DNA of 64,000 bases, taken from IMG/VR virus record IMGVR_UViG_3300009508_000011, positions 62,001 to 126,000 of that record, one strand, 5' to 3'. Shown in pieces: positions 37,855 to 46,362 of the stretch. The notes below the pieces were generated by a model. It saw only the letters and a list, made by a program, of their open reading frames with translations. It had not been told where the DNA came from and did not search any database. Every line of letters starts with the position of its first letter. Position 1 is the stretch's first letter. The translations under genes and the position numbers were made by a program.

Positions 37855-38980
37855 TTGGTTCTCCCATTATATCTTTAACTGTATCGCCTTCTTTAACTTC
37901 AATGACATTAGGTGCATCTGGCCCAGTATCCGCAAAGAAGAAATTAGGTTGTGTGAAACCACGACCAATATCCGGCTGTACCTCTTCAGGTAGATTATCT
38001 TGAAAAGGACCAACATCAATGTGGATAAATGCTTTAGTGTTGCCCCTAATTGATATATTCTGTGGCTCAGGTATGTAGGTAGGGAAATACCTAGTCAATA
38101 ACTCTTCATCGGATAGTTGGTTTTCCTTTTCAATTACGAGTTTAGCCTTTGCCGATTCACTAGAGAATAGTTCATGTGCACGTTCCATAGTGGTTATGTC
38201 ATCATTAATCAATTGTCTAGTTTCAGGGTCGAACAGTACAGGCTTAACATCTTTCCAACTTTCTCTTGTGGATTCTTCACCAGCAAACATTGAAGAGTTT
38301 CTACGAGCACGATACTCATCAGACTCTTCCTTAGTTTCTCCACCAGCACGCCAGTTATCTTTAACATCATCATAATCACACAGACGCACTGCAATGACAT
38401 CATATTCAGAATGACAACCGTTCTCATTAGAGAACTTATCAGCATTCGGATAGCACATCTTTTCGATGGTTCCATCTTTCAACATGATATCATAAGCATC
38501 TTTAAAACGCCACGAGTTATACGCAACCCACACACCAAAGTCTTCTGGTCTATGTGTCCAATGGGTTAAGTCTTCCTTACCGCGAGGAGACCAGTCTATA
38601 CCTAACTCAGTTTGCTCACCACGTTTAATTGGTGGTACAAATGGTTTATGTACATACTCTTCTTCGACATTCGGTTTACTAGGTTTAGATTCAGGTGACT
38701 TAACCTTGGTAATTTTACCAATTAAAGCAGATAACCTTTGGTAATCATCAACGGTAACGATACCATCATAGTTATCACCAGCTATGGTCTTGACCTTTAA
38801 TCTGGCTGACCATTTACTATAAGTACCGCAAGACACACATACACAGTGATTACCTGGGATACTTACACATTCGTTAACTCCCTGAACGGTAACGCCCTTT
38901 TTAGTATTGATAATGTGTGGTGATTTACAGGAAGAACATACGTAAGATATTTTACCGCCTTTACTAAGCATTGTCTCCAC
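37847..38980 (-). CDS. Hypothetical protein with an N-terminal Zn finger
   Basis: CSSC...CVSC at the N-terminus. Confidence 0.65.
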   Translation of the reverse strand: METMLSKGGKISYVCSSCKSPHIINTKKGVTVQGVNECVSIPGNHCVCVSCGTYSKWSARLKVKTIAGDNYDGIVTVDDYQRLSALIGKITKVKSPESKPSKPNVEEEYVHKPFVPPIKRGEQTELGIDWSPRGKEDLTHWTHRPEDFGVWVAYNSWRFKDAYDIMLKDGTIEKMCYPNADKFSNENGCHSEYDVIAVRLCDYDDVKDNWRAGGETKEESDEYRARRNSSMFAGEESTRESWKDVKPVLFDPETRQLINDDITTMERAHELFSSESAKAKLVIEKENQLSDEELLTRYFPTYIPEPQNISIRGNTKAFIHIDVGPFQDNLPEEVQPDIGRGFTQPNFFFADTGPDAPNVIEVKEGDTVKDIMGEPNE

Positions 38981-39566
38981 TCCCTGACCATTGGTTTATA
39001 AAATCGGTTTCGGAATCAGGGGCACTTAATGAGGATTCGATTTTGTCCCACTGCTTAGGGTAATCCACCAAAGCCACTACGTTGAAATGGCCACCGTAGG
39101 TAGATATTTTGGATAAAGCCGAACGCTTATCCTTAGACTCTACCAATACAACCCTTACCTTACCATCCTGACGCATACTAGAGATAAGACTCTGACATTT
39201 AAGATGACTGAAGTCTTCGAAGATAACAACATCATACCCATCAACATCTGGTAGTTCACGCTCATGTACTATTTCAAGTCCATGACATCCAGTACGGGCA
39301 GAGCTATTTTCACGACCCATGTCCCTAATTCTCTTATCTCTAGTTACCAGTAACACACGTTGTTTAACAACTTTGTTTAAGAAATCCATAGCGATATGTG
39401 TAGCAGCCGTAAGTCCTGTTTGTCTAGGCGTTACCACTATTACGTTACCACCATTGACAATGGCATTAACTGCCATGTACTGCATCTTACTAGGTAACTT
39501 ATCGATATCGAACACTGTCTTAATTCTTTTATTACCTACGAATTCGTCAGTTTGATAATAAGGCAT
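38964..39566 (-). CDS. Terminase-ATPase-like P-loop protein with a degenerate Walker A
   Basis: VIVVTPRQTGLT (compare PRQLGKS in the true terminase), VVIFEDF (Walker B-like), VVLVES, and DFINQW. Confidence 0.5.
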   Translation of the reverse strand: MPYYQTDEFVGNKRIKTVFDIDKLPSKMQYMAVNAIVNGGNVIVVTPRQTGLTAATHIAMDFLNKVVKQRVLLVTRDKRIRDMGRENSSARTGCHGLEIVHERELPDVDGYDVVIFEDFSHLKCQSLISSMRQDGKVRVVLVESKDKRSALSKISTYGGHFNVVALVDYPKQWDKIESSLSAPDSETDFINQWSGSGDNA

Positions 39567-39728
39567 TGTCGGGTTCCTTCTTTTATTTTAATAACATACA
39601 GCAAAGCCAATCATTAACATTAGCGATACTAAGAATACTCCAGCTATCTGTGCAGGCACGCACCCAGCTTTAGCATCTACAAAAATTCTACGTGTTCCAT
39701 TAAATAAAGAATACATGTAATATTACTC

Positions 39729-40280
39729 CTACCACTTCTGTCCAGCAACGTACATAGCCTGATTGACTATGGTATCCTGTTGTTGGTCGGTATCGTGATT
39801 TATAAATTGTACATAAGGAGTCAGTGCTTGACTATAGTCTCCAGCAAATACTATTTCTCTAGTCTTTACCGAATAGTGTATTTCCCTAAGGGAATAATAA
39901 GGGATATTGCAGAACACTTCATTGAGTAACAGCTCTACCCCATACCACACCTTGTTAACTATATCCTCTACAACCTCACCGGTCAAAAAAGATACAGCCT
40001 TATACTGCACATAACTCCAACCATAGAAATCGTCTCCTACGTTACCCATCGCATCGCGAATTAACATGGAACGTCTAAGACACATTTCTAGTAAAGCTAC
40101 CATAACCTCATCTTCAGTACGGTTGACTGTAATGTGATTACTTAATAAATTCGGCAGAAAGTAAAGCGTCTCAATGACAACTCTCTTGCCATCGGACGCC
40201 TTTGATATTTCTTCCATCGAACCTATTGCTAGTTTCATGTTAGGGTCACTTATCTTGACCCTACAGTTTCTTACTCTCAT
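39729..40280 (-). CDS. Hypothetical protein (183 aa)
   Basis: ORF in operon. Confidence 0.6.
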   Translation of the reverse strand: MRVRNCRVKISDPNMKLAIGSMEEISKASDGKRVVIETLYFLPNLLSNHITVNRTEDEVMVALLEMCLRRSMLIRDAMGNVGDDFYGWSYVQYKAVSFLTGEVVEDIVNKVWYGVELLLNEVFCNIPYYSLREIHYSVKTREIVFAGDYSQALTPYVQFINHDTDQQQDTIVNQAMYVAGQKW

Positions 40281-40294
40281 AGGTCCCCTAGATA

Positions 40295-41014
40295 CTACGG
40301 GTTATGGTTGGCCTGTAATACAGAGCGTTGAACAAACTTCATTGCTTCTTCTAGAGGCATTGATTCATATTCTTCAGTACTACTCAAATCGGAAGAGTAT
40401 GTCCACCCATCTAAAGCCAAACCAAGTTCAGTGTACTGAACAGCGCCAGTATTCTTATCTGGTTTAGAAGTAGGTATTAGAATAGATGCACCGTTAAGGG
40501 AAGGTTCAGCCCAAGGAAGTTCTGTAAAGTCCTTACGAACAAATACTTTCTTCTGTTGGAATAGCACAAACTCAACTGACTTCTTGTGGTCCCAGCTAGC
40601 AGATGCTTTTGTAATATCAGGCATTTGATAATCGGTAAAGAATTCATAGTTGGTACTAGTCGTCAATGACAACTTAAACACACGTTCGAATACGGGCATA
40701 CCTTGGATTATGTTACCTAGCATGTAACTAACATTTGCGGGTAAGGCTAACTCTTCACCTACTGGACGTAAATCCATGATGTCTTTTAACTCTACTTCCA
40801 CAACCCACATGGTACTGGTTCTATCCGGATGTTGTCCTGGTATATTGACAACTTCATCAAGATAACCAGTTAATACTGTTTTAGAACCGAACGGGTCTTC
40901 TATTCTACACTGCTCTCCTTCGTTACGTTTAAGTAACTCAGCAAAGGCTTTAGTTGTTACGCGGTCAAAGTTAAATAAAACCTTGTCCCCGTTGACTTCG
41001 TAATGGAATGACAT
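40295..41014 (-). CDS. Hypothetical protein (239 aa)
   Basis: ORF with AAGGAG RBS. Confidence 0.65.
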   Translation of the reverse strand: MSFHYEVNGDKVLFNFDRVTTKAFAELLKRNEGEQCRIEDPFGSKTVLTGYLDEVVNIPGQHPDRTSTMWVVEVELKDIMDLRPVGEELALPANVSYMLGNIIQGMPVFERVFKLSLTTSTNYEFFTDYQMPDITKASASWDHKKSVEFVLFQQKKVFVRKDFTELPWAEPSLNGASILIPTSKPDKNTGAVQYTELGLALDGWTYSSDLSSTEEYESMPLEEAMKFVQRSVLQANHNP

Positions 41015-41034
41015 AACTGCCCCTTCTCCTTTTA

Positions 41035-42006
41035 TTATTTTTGTACTACACCGACCACCGTATCATTTTCAGTAACGATTAATCGAGTAACTCTATTCGC
41101 TTCCATGATTTCCAAAGCCTCACCAAAGCGAGAACTTTTATCCACCGTTTTAGGGTGGGCCGTCATGAAATCAAATACTTCTGTACTAATGGGTTTACCA
41201 ACATTAGCCTGTAGACAGCGACGTAAGTCACCATCCGTGATGATACCTTCCAATCTATGGCGGTTACCAACCAGAGCCATGCCTAGTCTACCCCTACTAA
41301 TGTGCCACATGACATCAGCGAGTTCCATGTCCTTTGTAACAAAGGGCAAGTCTTCTGAGCGCATAACGTCTTCAACGCGACACAATAGTTTCTTACCAAG
41401 AGACCCACCGGGATGAAATCTTGCGAAGTCTTCCGGTTTAAAATCACGAGCATTCAATAGGGCTACCGTAATAGCGTCACCAAGGGCCATAGCAGCCGTT
41501 GTAGAGCTAGTTGGTGCCAATTGTAAAGGACAGGCCTCTGTAGTAACACCTGCTCTTAAACTGACTGTAGAGGCTTTGGCTAAAGTATTGTCGTGGTTCT
41601 TAGTAATTGAAATGATAACGTTACCATTATCTTCCAAGAAAGAAAGTAACTTAAGTACTTCCTCAGTCTCGCCAGAATTACTCAAGGCGAGAAATACGTC
41701 GTTGGGTTGCACCATACCTAAGTCACCATGAAAGGCTTCTCCGGGATGCATGAAGAACGATGGTGTTCCAGTAGATGCTAAACTAGCAGCTATCTTTTTA
41801 CCAACTATACCAGACTTACCCATACCACAAACAATTACACGGCCGTTTGTTTGTAGTATTTTACTAATAGCGGTAACGAAACTAACGGAGTCTTCACGTA
41901 GATTATCCGCTAATTCATTTAGGCCTTCTATCTCATTATAGATAGCATCTAAGCCATGTTTAACTGACTTAGTTAAATTACCACCCACTACTACTGGATT
42001 TATCAT
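41035..42006 (-). CDS. kdsD: Arabinose-5-phosphate isomerase (KdsD/KpsF/GutQ family; SIS + 2 CBS)
   Basis: GRVIVCGMGKSGIVGKKIAASLASTGTPSFFMHPGEAFHGDLG, LSNSGET, APTSSTT, FARFHPGGSLG, GIITDGDLRR. Confidence 0.95.
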   Translation of the reverse strand: MINPVVVGGNLTKSVKHGLDAIYNEIEGLNELADNLREDSVSFVTAISKILQTNGRVIVCGMGKSGIVGKKIAASLASTGTPSFFMHPGEAFHGDLGMVQPNDVFLALSNSGETEEVLKLLSFLEDNGNVIISITKNHDNTLAKASTVSLRAGVTTEACPLQLAPTSSTTAAMALGDAITVALLNARDFKPEDFARFHPGGSLGKKLLCRVEDVMRSEDLPFVTKDMELADVMWHISRGRLGMALVGNRHRLEGIITDGDLRRCLQANVGKPISTEVFDFMTAHPKTVDKSSRFGEALEIMEANRVTRLIVTENDTVVGVVQK

Positions 42007-42803
42007 TGGTCTAGCCTCATTCGTTTAACGGTCGCTTCGTAGTCAGCTTGTGTATCTACACCATGCTTAGGTTCTATCAGCGCCGTCATAGCTTTTATAG
42101 TCATTCCGTTTTCGAGTGCTCTTAGCTGTTCTAGTCCCTCAGTCTGTTCAAGTACTGATGGTGGTAACTTACTAAATTTCCTCAGGGTTTTTACGGTGTA
42201 CCCATACATACCGACATGTCTGTAATATTTAAAATCTTCTACGGTGTTCCTCACGTAGGGGGCAGAGGCCCTAGTAAATAATAGTGCATGGTCTTTTATA
42301 CCAGTTACTACTTTAACAACATTAACATTATTTAAATCTGAAATATCACTTACCTCAGTCTTTAAAGTAACTATGTCGGCATTACTATACTTAGTAGCTA
42401 TAGCTAACTGCTTTATTAACATAGGGTCTATTTCAGGTTCGTCACCCTGAACATTCAACACTACGGTATCGTCAGATAGTCTTAATTTATCACAAGCCTC
42501 TAATAACCTATCGGTTCCAGAGTTATGAAATGGACTAGTTAGTATAGTAGGAACTCCGTGTTTGGATAGTGCCTTGGTTATAGATTTATGGTCTACTGCA
42601 ACCATAACCTTACCTTTACCTATTCCAGCTTTCTTACAAGCATTATACACATGCCACACAAGTGGCTTACCATTAATAGGTAATAGTACCTTACCCGGTA
42701 ATCTGGTAGAACTTATTCTGGCTGGGATTATAACCACCACACCAGAACTATCTTTCTTGAACCATTTAAACTTACCGAGTATAGCATTAAAAATCTTTCT
42801 CAT
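42003..42803 (-). CDS. kdsB: CMP-Kdo synthetase (3-deoxy-manno-octulosonate cytidylyltransferase, KdsB/KpsU)
   Basis: IIPARISSTRLPGKVL, SGTDRL, NVQGDEP, RHVGMYGY, LEQTEGLEQLRALENG, GVDT..D. Confidence 0.95.
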   Translation of the reverse strand: MRKIFNAILGKFKWFKKDSSGVVVIIPARISSTRLPGKVLLPINGKPLVWHVYNACKKAGIGKGKVMVAVDHKSITKALSKHGVPTILTSPFHNSGTDRLLEACDKLRLSDDTVVLNVQGDEPEIDPMLIKQLAIATKYSNADIVTLKTEVSDISDLNNVNVVKVVTGIKDHALLFTRASAPYVRNTVEDFKYYRHVGMYGYTVKTLRKFSKLPPSVLEQTEGLEQLRALENGMTIKAMTALIEPKHGVDTQADYEATVKRMRLDQ

Positions 42804-42989
42804 TTTAAATCCCCAGCAATTTTGACATAGGTTAAGGGTAGATAATATTTAAAAACGGCATAAGTAGCAGTCTTAGTGACTGCGGACATTTATGAGAAAA
42901 CTAGGGGAGCGGCCTCCCCATCATAGTCCGAGGGTGAAACTTGGAAGGAAACAACCTCTTTTAACGTTTCATGAAATTAGGAGACAACG

Positions 42990-43124
42990 ATGAAGGAATC
43001 AAGTCTACCTATAATAATAGTAACGTTGTGTATTTTTTATTCGGTTTATTTACTTGGGCAAAAAAAAAGAAAGGGGACCAGCCCCCCTTTCTTTTACTCT
43101 TACTCTGAAACGGGAGTAGCTTAA
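42990..43124 (+). CDS. Possible 44-aa single-pass membrane peptide
   Basis: AGGAG RBS at 42979. MKESSLPIIIVTLCIFYSVYLLGQKKRKG... overlaps a promoter motif and terminator, so it may be spurious. Confidence 0.35.
   Translation: MKESSLPIIIVTLCIFYSVYLLGQKKRKGTSPPFFYSYSETGVA
43014..43038 (-). promoter_or_regulatory. Middle-type promoter with no ORF before the next terminator
   Basis: AAAAAATACACAACGTTACTATTAT. Confidence 0.5.
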
Positions 43125-43134
43125 GCTCCCTATA

Positions 43135-43159
43135 ATAATAACGGTACTGTGTAATAAAA
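43135..43159 (-). promoter_or_regulatory. Middle-type promoter variant with no ORF before the next terminator
   Basis: TTTTATTACACAGTACCGTTATTAT. Confidence 0.45.
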
Positions 43160-43198
43160 TACTTTTTCTATGATGGCTAACAAATCTGGAGTAGAGGC

Positions 43199-43600
43199 AT
43201 GAACGCGGTCGTTATTGGCAATATAGAGTTAATAGACTTAAAGCGAAAGGTAGACGGTCTACGTCTATTTAAACTAACTAAAGAACACATAGATGATGAT
43301 TTCCCTGACTACCCAGTCCCGGAAGGATTTATTGTTAATGGTGCATCTGTACCTAAGTTCTTACGTGATATAATCTCACCAACTGGTGAGTTGTTTAGGG
43401 CCTCTGTTCCACATGACTATTTTTACTCTAGTAAGGTAGTTAGTAGATGGAAGGCGGATAAAATATTCCGTAAGATAGTTCTAGATGATACCGGTAATCA
43501 TTTCTTAGCATGGGGTGCATGGTCTGGCGTTAGATGCGTTGGTTGGCGCAACTGGAATAAGAAAAGAAATGATATCCAGCAAGTTTATTTAAAAGCATAA
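43199..43600 (+). CDS. DUF1353-family protein
   Basis: VPEGFIVNGASVP, ASVPHDYFY, ADKIF, GVR..GW. Confidence 0.75.
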   Translation: MNAVVIGNIELIDLKRKVDGLRLFKLTKEHIDDDFPDYPVPEGFIVNGASVPKFLRDIISPTGELFRASVPHDYFYSSKVVSRWKADKIFRKIVLDDTGNHFLAWGAWSGVRCVGWRNWNKKRNDIQQVYLKA

Positions 43601-43610
43601 GGAGTCCGTT

Positions 43611-44156
43611 ATGTCGGTAATCAGTGCTGTATGTTACCTAGACGATGATAACAAAGTTGTAGGTATAAAGTACGAAGCAGAAAAGTTTAAAGTGAATGAA
43701 GGTGAGGTTACTGCAAACACAATAGCTTATCCGTACACTAGGGTTTTCCCAATAGAGTTCTTGGTTGTCGACGGTGACCCCTTAGCAGTAAGAGTTCTAA
43801 CATCAGCCGAAGTTGAGTTTTTAGCAGCAGTAGCTGAAGGCGAAGCATGTCGTGATGAGTATATTGAGAAACCAATTATAGTCCATGGTGGTTTATGGAA
43901 AATGGAATCCAAGGATAGGGCTAATATTCAAGATGGCATAGACGAAGCTGATTTAGTTGGTCTACCAGATGACTATGAGCAAGATTGGATTATGGCCGAT
44001 GGTAGTATCTTCAGGGCCACACCACTTAAATTGAAGCAAGTGTTGTCTGCATATCGTCAGCGTAAGCAGGAAATATTCAACCACTACATAACATGGCTTA
44101 GTGGTGGGGCTGTTGATGACTTTGATTGTACTGCTTCCAACACATATACATTTTAA
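43611..44156 (+). CDS. DUF4376-like tail-fibre-associated protein
   Basis: C-terminal KDRANIQ...WIMADGS....T...L pattern. Confidence 0.55.
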   Translation: MSVISAVCYLDDDNKVVGIKYEAEKFKVNEGEVTANTIAYPYTRVFPIEFLVVDGDPLAVRVLTSAEVEFLAAVAEGEACRDEYIEKPIIVHGGLWKMESKDRANIQDGIDEADLVGLPDDYEQDWIMADGSIFRATPLKLKQVLSAYRQRKQEIFNHYITWLSGGAVDDFDCTASNTYTF

Positions 44157-44169
44157 GGGGCAGTGAATC

Positions 44170-44772
44170 ATGGCTGGAACAGTTATAGTTAAAAATGGCT
44201 TAGAGGCAGATAGACCCAATGTAACGCCTGGAGTAGGGGAATGGATTTACGCTACTGATTCTAAACGTACGTATATGGGTGATGGTTCTACACCCGGTGG
44301 TGTTAGTGTAAGTAGAAAACATTTTGAAGTACCTACCATTGGGGACATACAAAACATTGAATATGTAAGTGATGGGGATACTTGCGACACTGAAGACACC
44401 AGTGATGTATTTATGTATGTCAATGGAACATGGATAAATATACTAGCAAGTGCAGTAGTTACACCCGTGACTGTTGAACCAACTTTAAATAAGGGTTGTG
44501 TAAACTATGGTAGCCCATTTTCAAATATAAGATACTCTAAGGTAAATAACGTAGTATACTTGGAAGGTGGTTGCTCCATAACGAATGGACCACTTAATAT
44601 ATTTACCTTACCTGCGGGCTTTAGACCAGATGGTTATATATTATCTAGTAACTATAGTCAGCGTGGACTTATCAGGGTGGATATTAATACAGCTGGTGAA
44701 GTAAGGGTATACACTAGTAGTTATCTATCGTGGCTACATTTAAATATTCAATTCCTTATTAGTGGTGGTTAA
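44170..44772 (+). CDS. Tail fibre/appendage-related protein
   Basis: N-terminal GEWIYATDSKRTYMGDGSTPGG; C-terminal RYSKVNNVVYLEG...FTLPAGFRP domain typical of phage fibre tips. Confidence 0.6.
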   Translation: MAGTVIVKNGLEADRPNVTPGVGEWIYATDSKRTYMGDGSTPGGVSVSRKHFEVPTIGDIQNIEYVSDGDTCDTEDTSDVFMYVNGTWINILASAVVTPVTVEPTLNKGCVNYGSPFSNIRYSKVNNVVYLEGGCSITNGPLNIFTLPAGFRPDGYILSSNYSQRGLIRVDINTAGEVRVYTSSYLSWLHLNIQFLISGG

Positions 44773-44773
44773 G

Positions 44774-45418
44774 ATGTCAAAAAAATTAGGTAATGTGCTA
44801 AACATTGGACAGGCACTAAGTTACCCTATCTCGGAGAATAGACACGTCATCCTAGACGATGGTATCGTAGTGATAGATGTCCTAACTAAAGAGATTTACG
44901 TTGGGGATGGCGTAACGCCAGGGGGGAATCTACCCAGCGAGGCTATATGGAAAGTTACCAGTTTGGATGAGATGGATAACTTAGTACATATGGTTGGTGA
45001 TTATATATTAGTCGGCGGTGAGGTTTATCATCGGGTTACTAATTCTGGTATTGTACCTTTGGAGTTATTAGCAACGGAAGAGTATGGTAACTTGGATGGG
45101 TGGACTACTTTAGAATTATATACTGGATGGTCTATAAGTCAAGATGCTGTTGGGGATGCTAGGGTACGTAAAGACGGTAACCTAGTAACCATTGATGCAG
45201 TACTTAAAAAGGACAAGAGTTCAGATTGGTCTCCATTCAGACTACCTACTTGGGCAAGGCCTAACAAAACTGTATACCAGACTATTGAAGTTAATACTAG
45301 TCGTGGAGCAGACCCGTTAGTAATATACCCAGATGGGTACCTGTACCCTCGTAAAATCTATACTAAGAAAGTTAGTCGTGTTTCAATACAGATTACATTC
45401 TGGATAGATACTGTGTAG
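44774..45418 (+). CDS. Tail fibre/appendage-related protein, paralog of 44170-44772
   Basis: EIYVGDGVTPGG and RVRKDGNLVTID...FRLPTWARP. Start placed at ATG 44774. Confidence 0.6.
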   Translation: MSKKLGNVLNIGQALSYPISENRHVILDDGIVVIDVLTKEIYVGDGVTPGGNLPSEAIWKVTSLDEMDNLVHMVGDYILVGGEVYHRVTNSGIVPLELLATEEYGNLDGWTTLELYTGWSISQDAVGDARVRKDGNLVTIDAVLKKDKSSDWSPFRLPTWARPNKTVYQTIEVNTSRGADPLVIYPDGYLYPRKIYTKKVSRVSIQITFWIDTV

Positions 45419-45420
45419 GT

Positions 45421-45462
45421 AAAAAAAATAAGGAGGGTATTAGCCCTCCTTATTTATGTCGT
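45421..45462. terminator. Bidirectional terminator
   Basis: ATAAGGAGGG/CCCTCCTTAT stem between convergent genes. Confidence 0.8.
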
Positions 45463-45463
45463 A

Positions 45464-46351
45464 TCAATAAGTCTTCGATAACTTACCTTGGATGCTAAAG
45501 TTCCAACGGTCGCGAATAATGTGTTCTTCTAGAGAACCTTTTATCTTGTTGGATAACCAGATGTTAAATACCACCGGCTTACCTTTATCGTCGCAATCTT
45601 TAACCATGTGTGTATCTAGGTTATAGTAATTGTCAGCATTAAGAATAGGACCGAATGTATCTGTTGGGTAACTACCGTAGATTATGGTCTCGTAAATTAC
45701 ATCAGCCATTGGTAACCATTGTTGATAACAATAACCGCCGCCAATAACAATTAGGTCGGTATCAGTGTGTTCTTCCAACAACGTAGGTACGTCTGGATAA
45801 TAGAAATCGTCAGTACCCTCAATTGGAGTCTTAACGCTTACGTTAGTGGTTAGTACTGCAAACTTACGGTCAGGTAAAGAAGGTAACCCTTCGTAGGTAT
45901 GTCTACCCACAACTAACAAAGCATCAGGGTTATGTGTAGTTACACCCTTAAACCATTTAAGGTCAGTGGGGTAGTCACGTCCCCATGGTAAGTCACCTTT
46001 ATGCCCAATGCCATGGTTGTATGTTCTAGCCCATATTAAGGCAATGACACCTGAGTGTCCATAGTGGTCACGTAGTCCAGCACGACTAGCATCGATGTTT
46101 GCATTTTGATAAAAGATATTACCCATATCACCCGGTAGGTAAACCTTGTGACCACAACTATTACACACATGTGGGAAGTTTGATTCTTCTGGAGTCTCGC
46201 CCATTTGAATCTCACCTTCTGGGTCTGTTCTATAAGAACCACCGTCACAGTTAGTACACATTACTACATTTACTTGAGCCTTCATTGGTACAAGTACTGT
46301 TTTTACATTATCCGGATTAAGTACCGGTATTTCTTTTTGTTCTTCAGTCAC
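45464..46351 (-). CDS. folA: Dihydrofolate reductase with a fused N-terminal Zn-ribbon domain
   Basis: IALIWA....GIGHKGDLPW....DLKWFKGVT, LVVGRHTYEGLP, LPDRK, VIGGG..Y. N-terminal CTNC...CNSC. Confidence 0.85.
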   Translation of the reverse strand: MTEEQKEIPVLNPDNVKTVLVPMKAQVNVVMCTNCDGGSYRTDPEGEIQMGETPEESNFPHVCNSCGHKVYLPGDMGNIFYQNANIDASRAGLRDHYGHSGVIALIWARTYNHGIGHKGDLPWGRDYPTDLKWFKGVTTHNPDALLVVGRHTYEGLPSLPDRKFAVLTTNVSVKTPIEGTDDFYYPDVPTLLEEHTDTDLIVIGGGYCYQQWLPMADVIYETIIYGSYPTDTFGPILNADNYYNLDTHMVKDCDDKGKPVVFNIWLSNKIKGSLEEHIIRDRWNFSIQGKLSKTY

Positions 46352-46362
46352 TTTAATGACTC

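Noticed and set aside
21898-45418. Diversity-generating retroelement, suggested by the Mtd-like N-terminal motifs
   Set aside because: No reverse transcriptase and no template/variable repeat pair differing at adenines was seen in the window.
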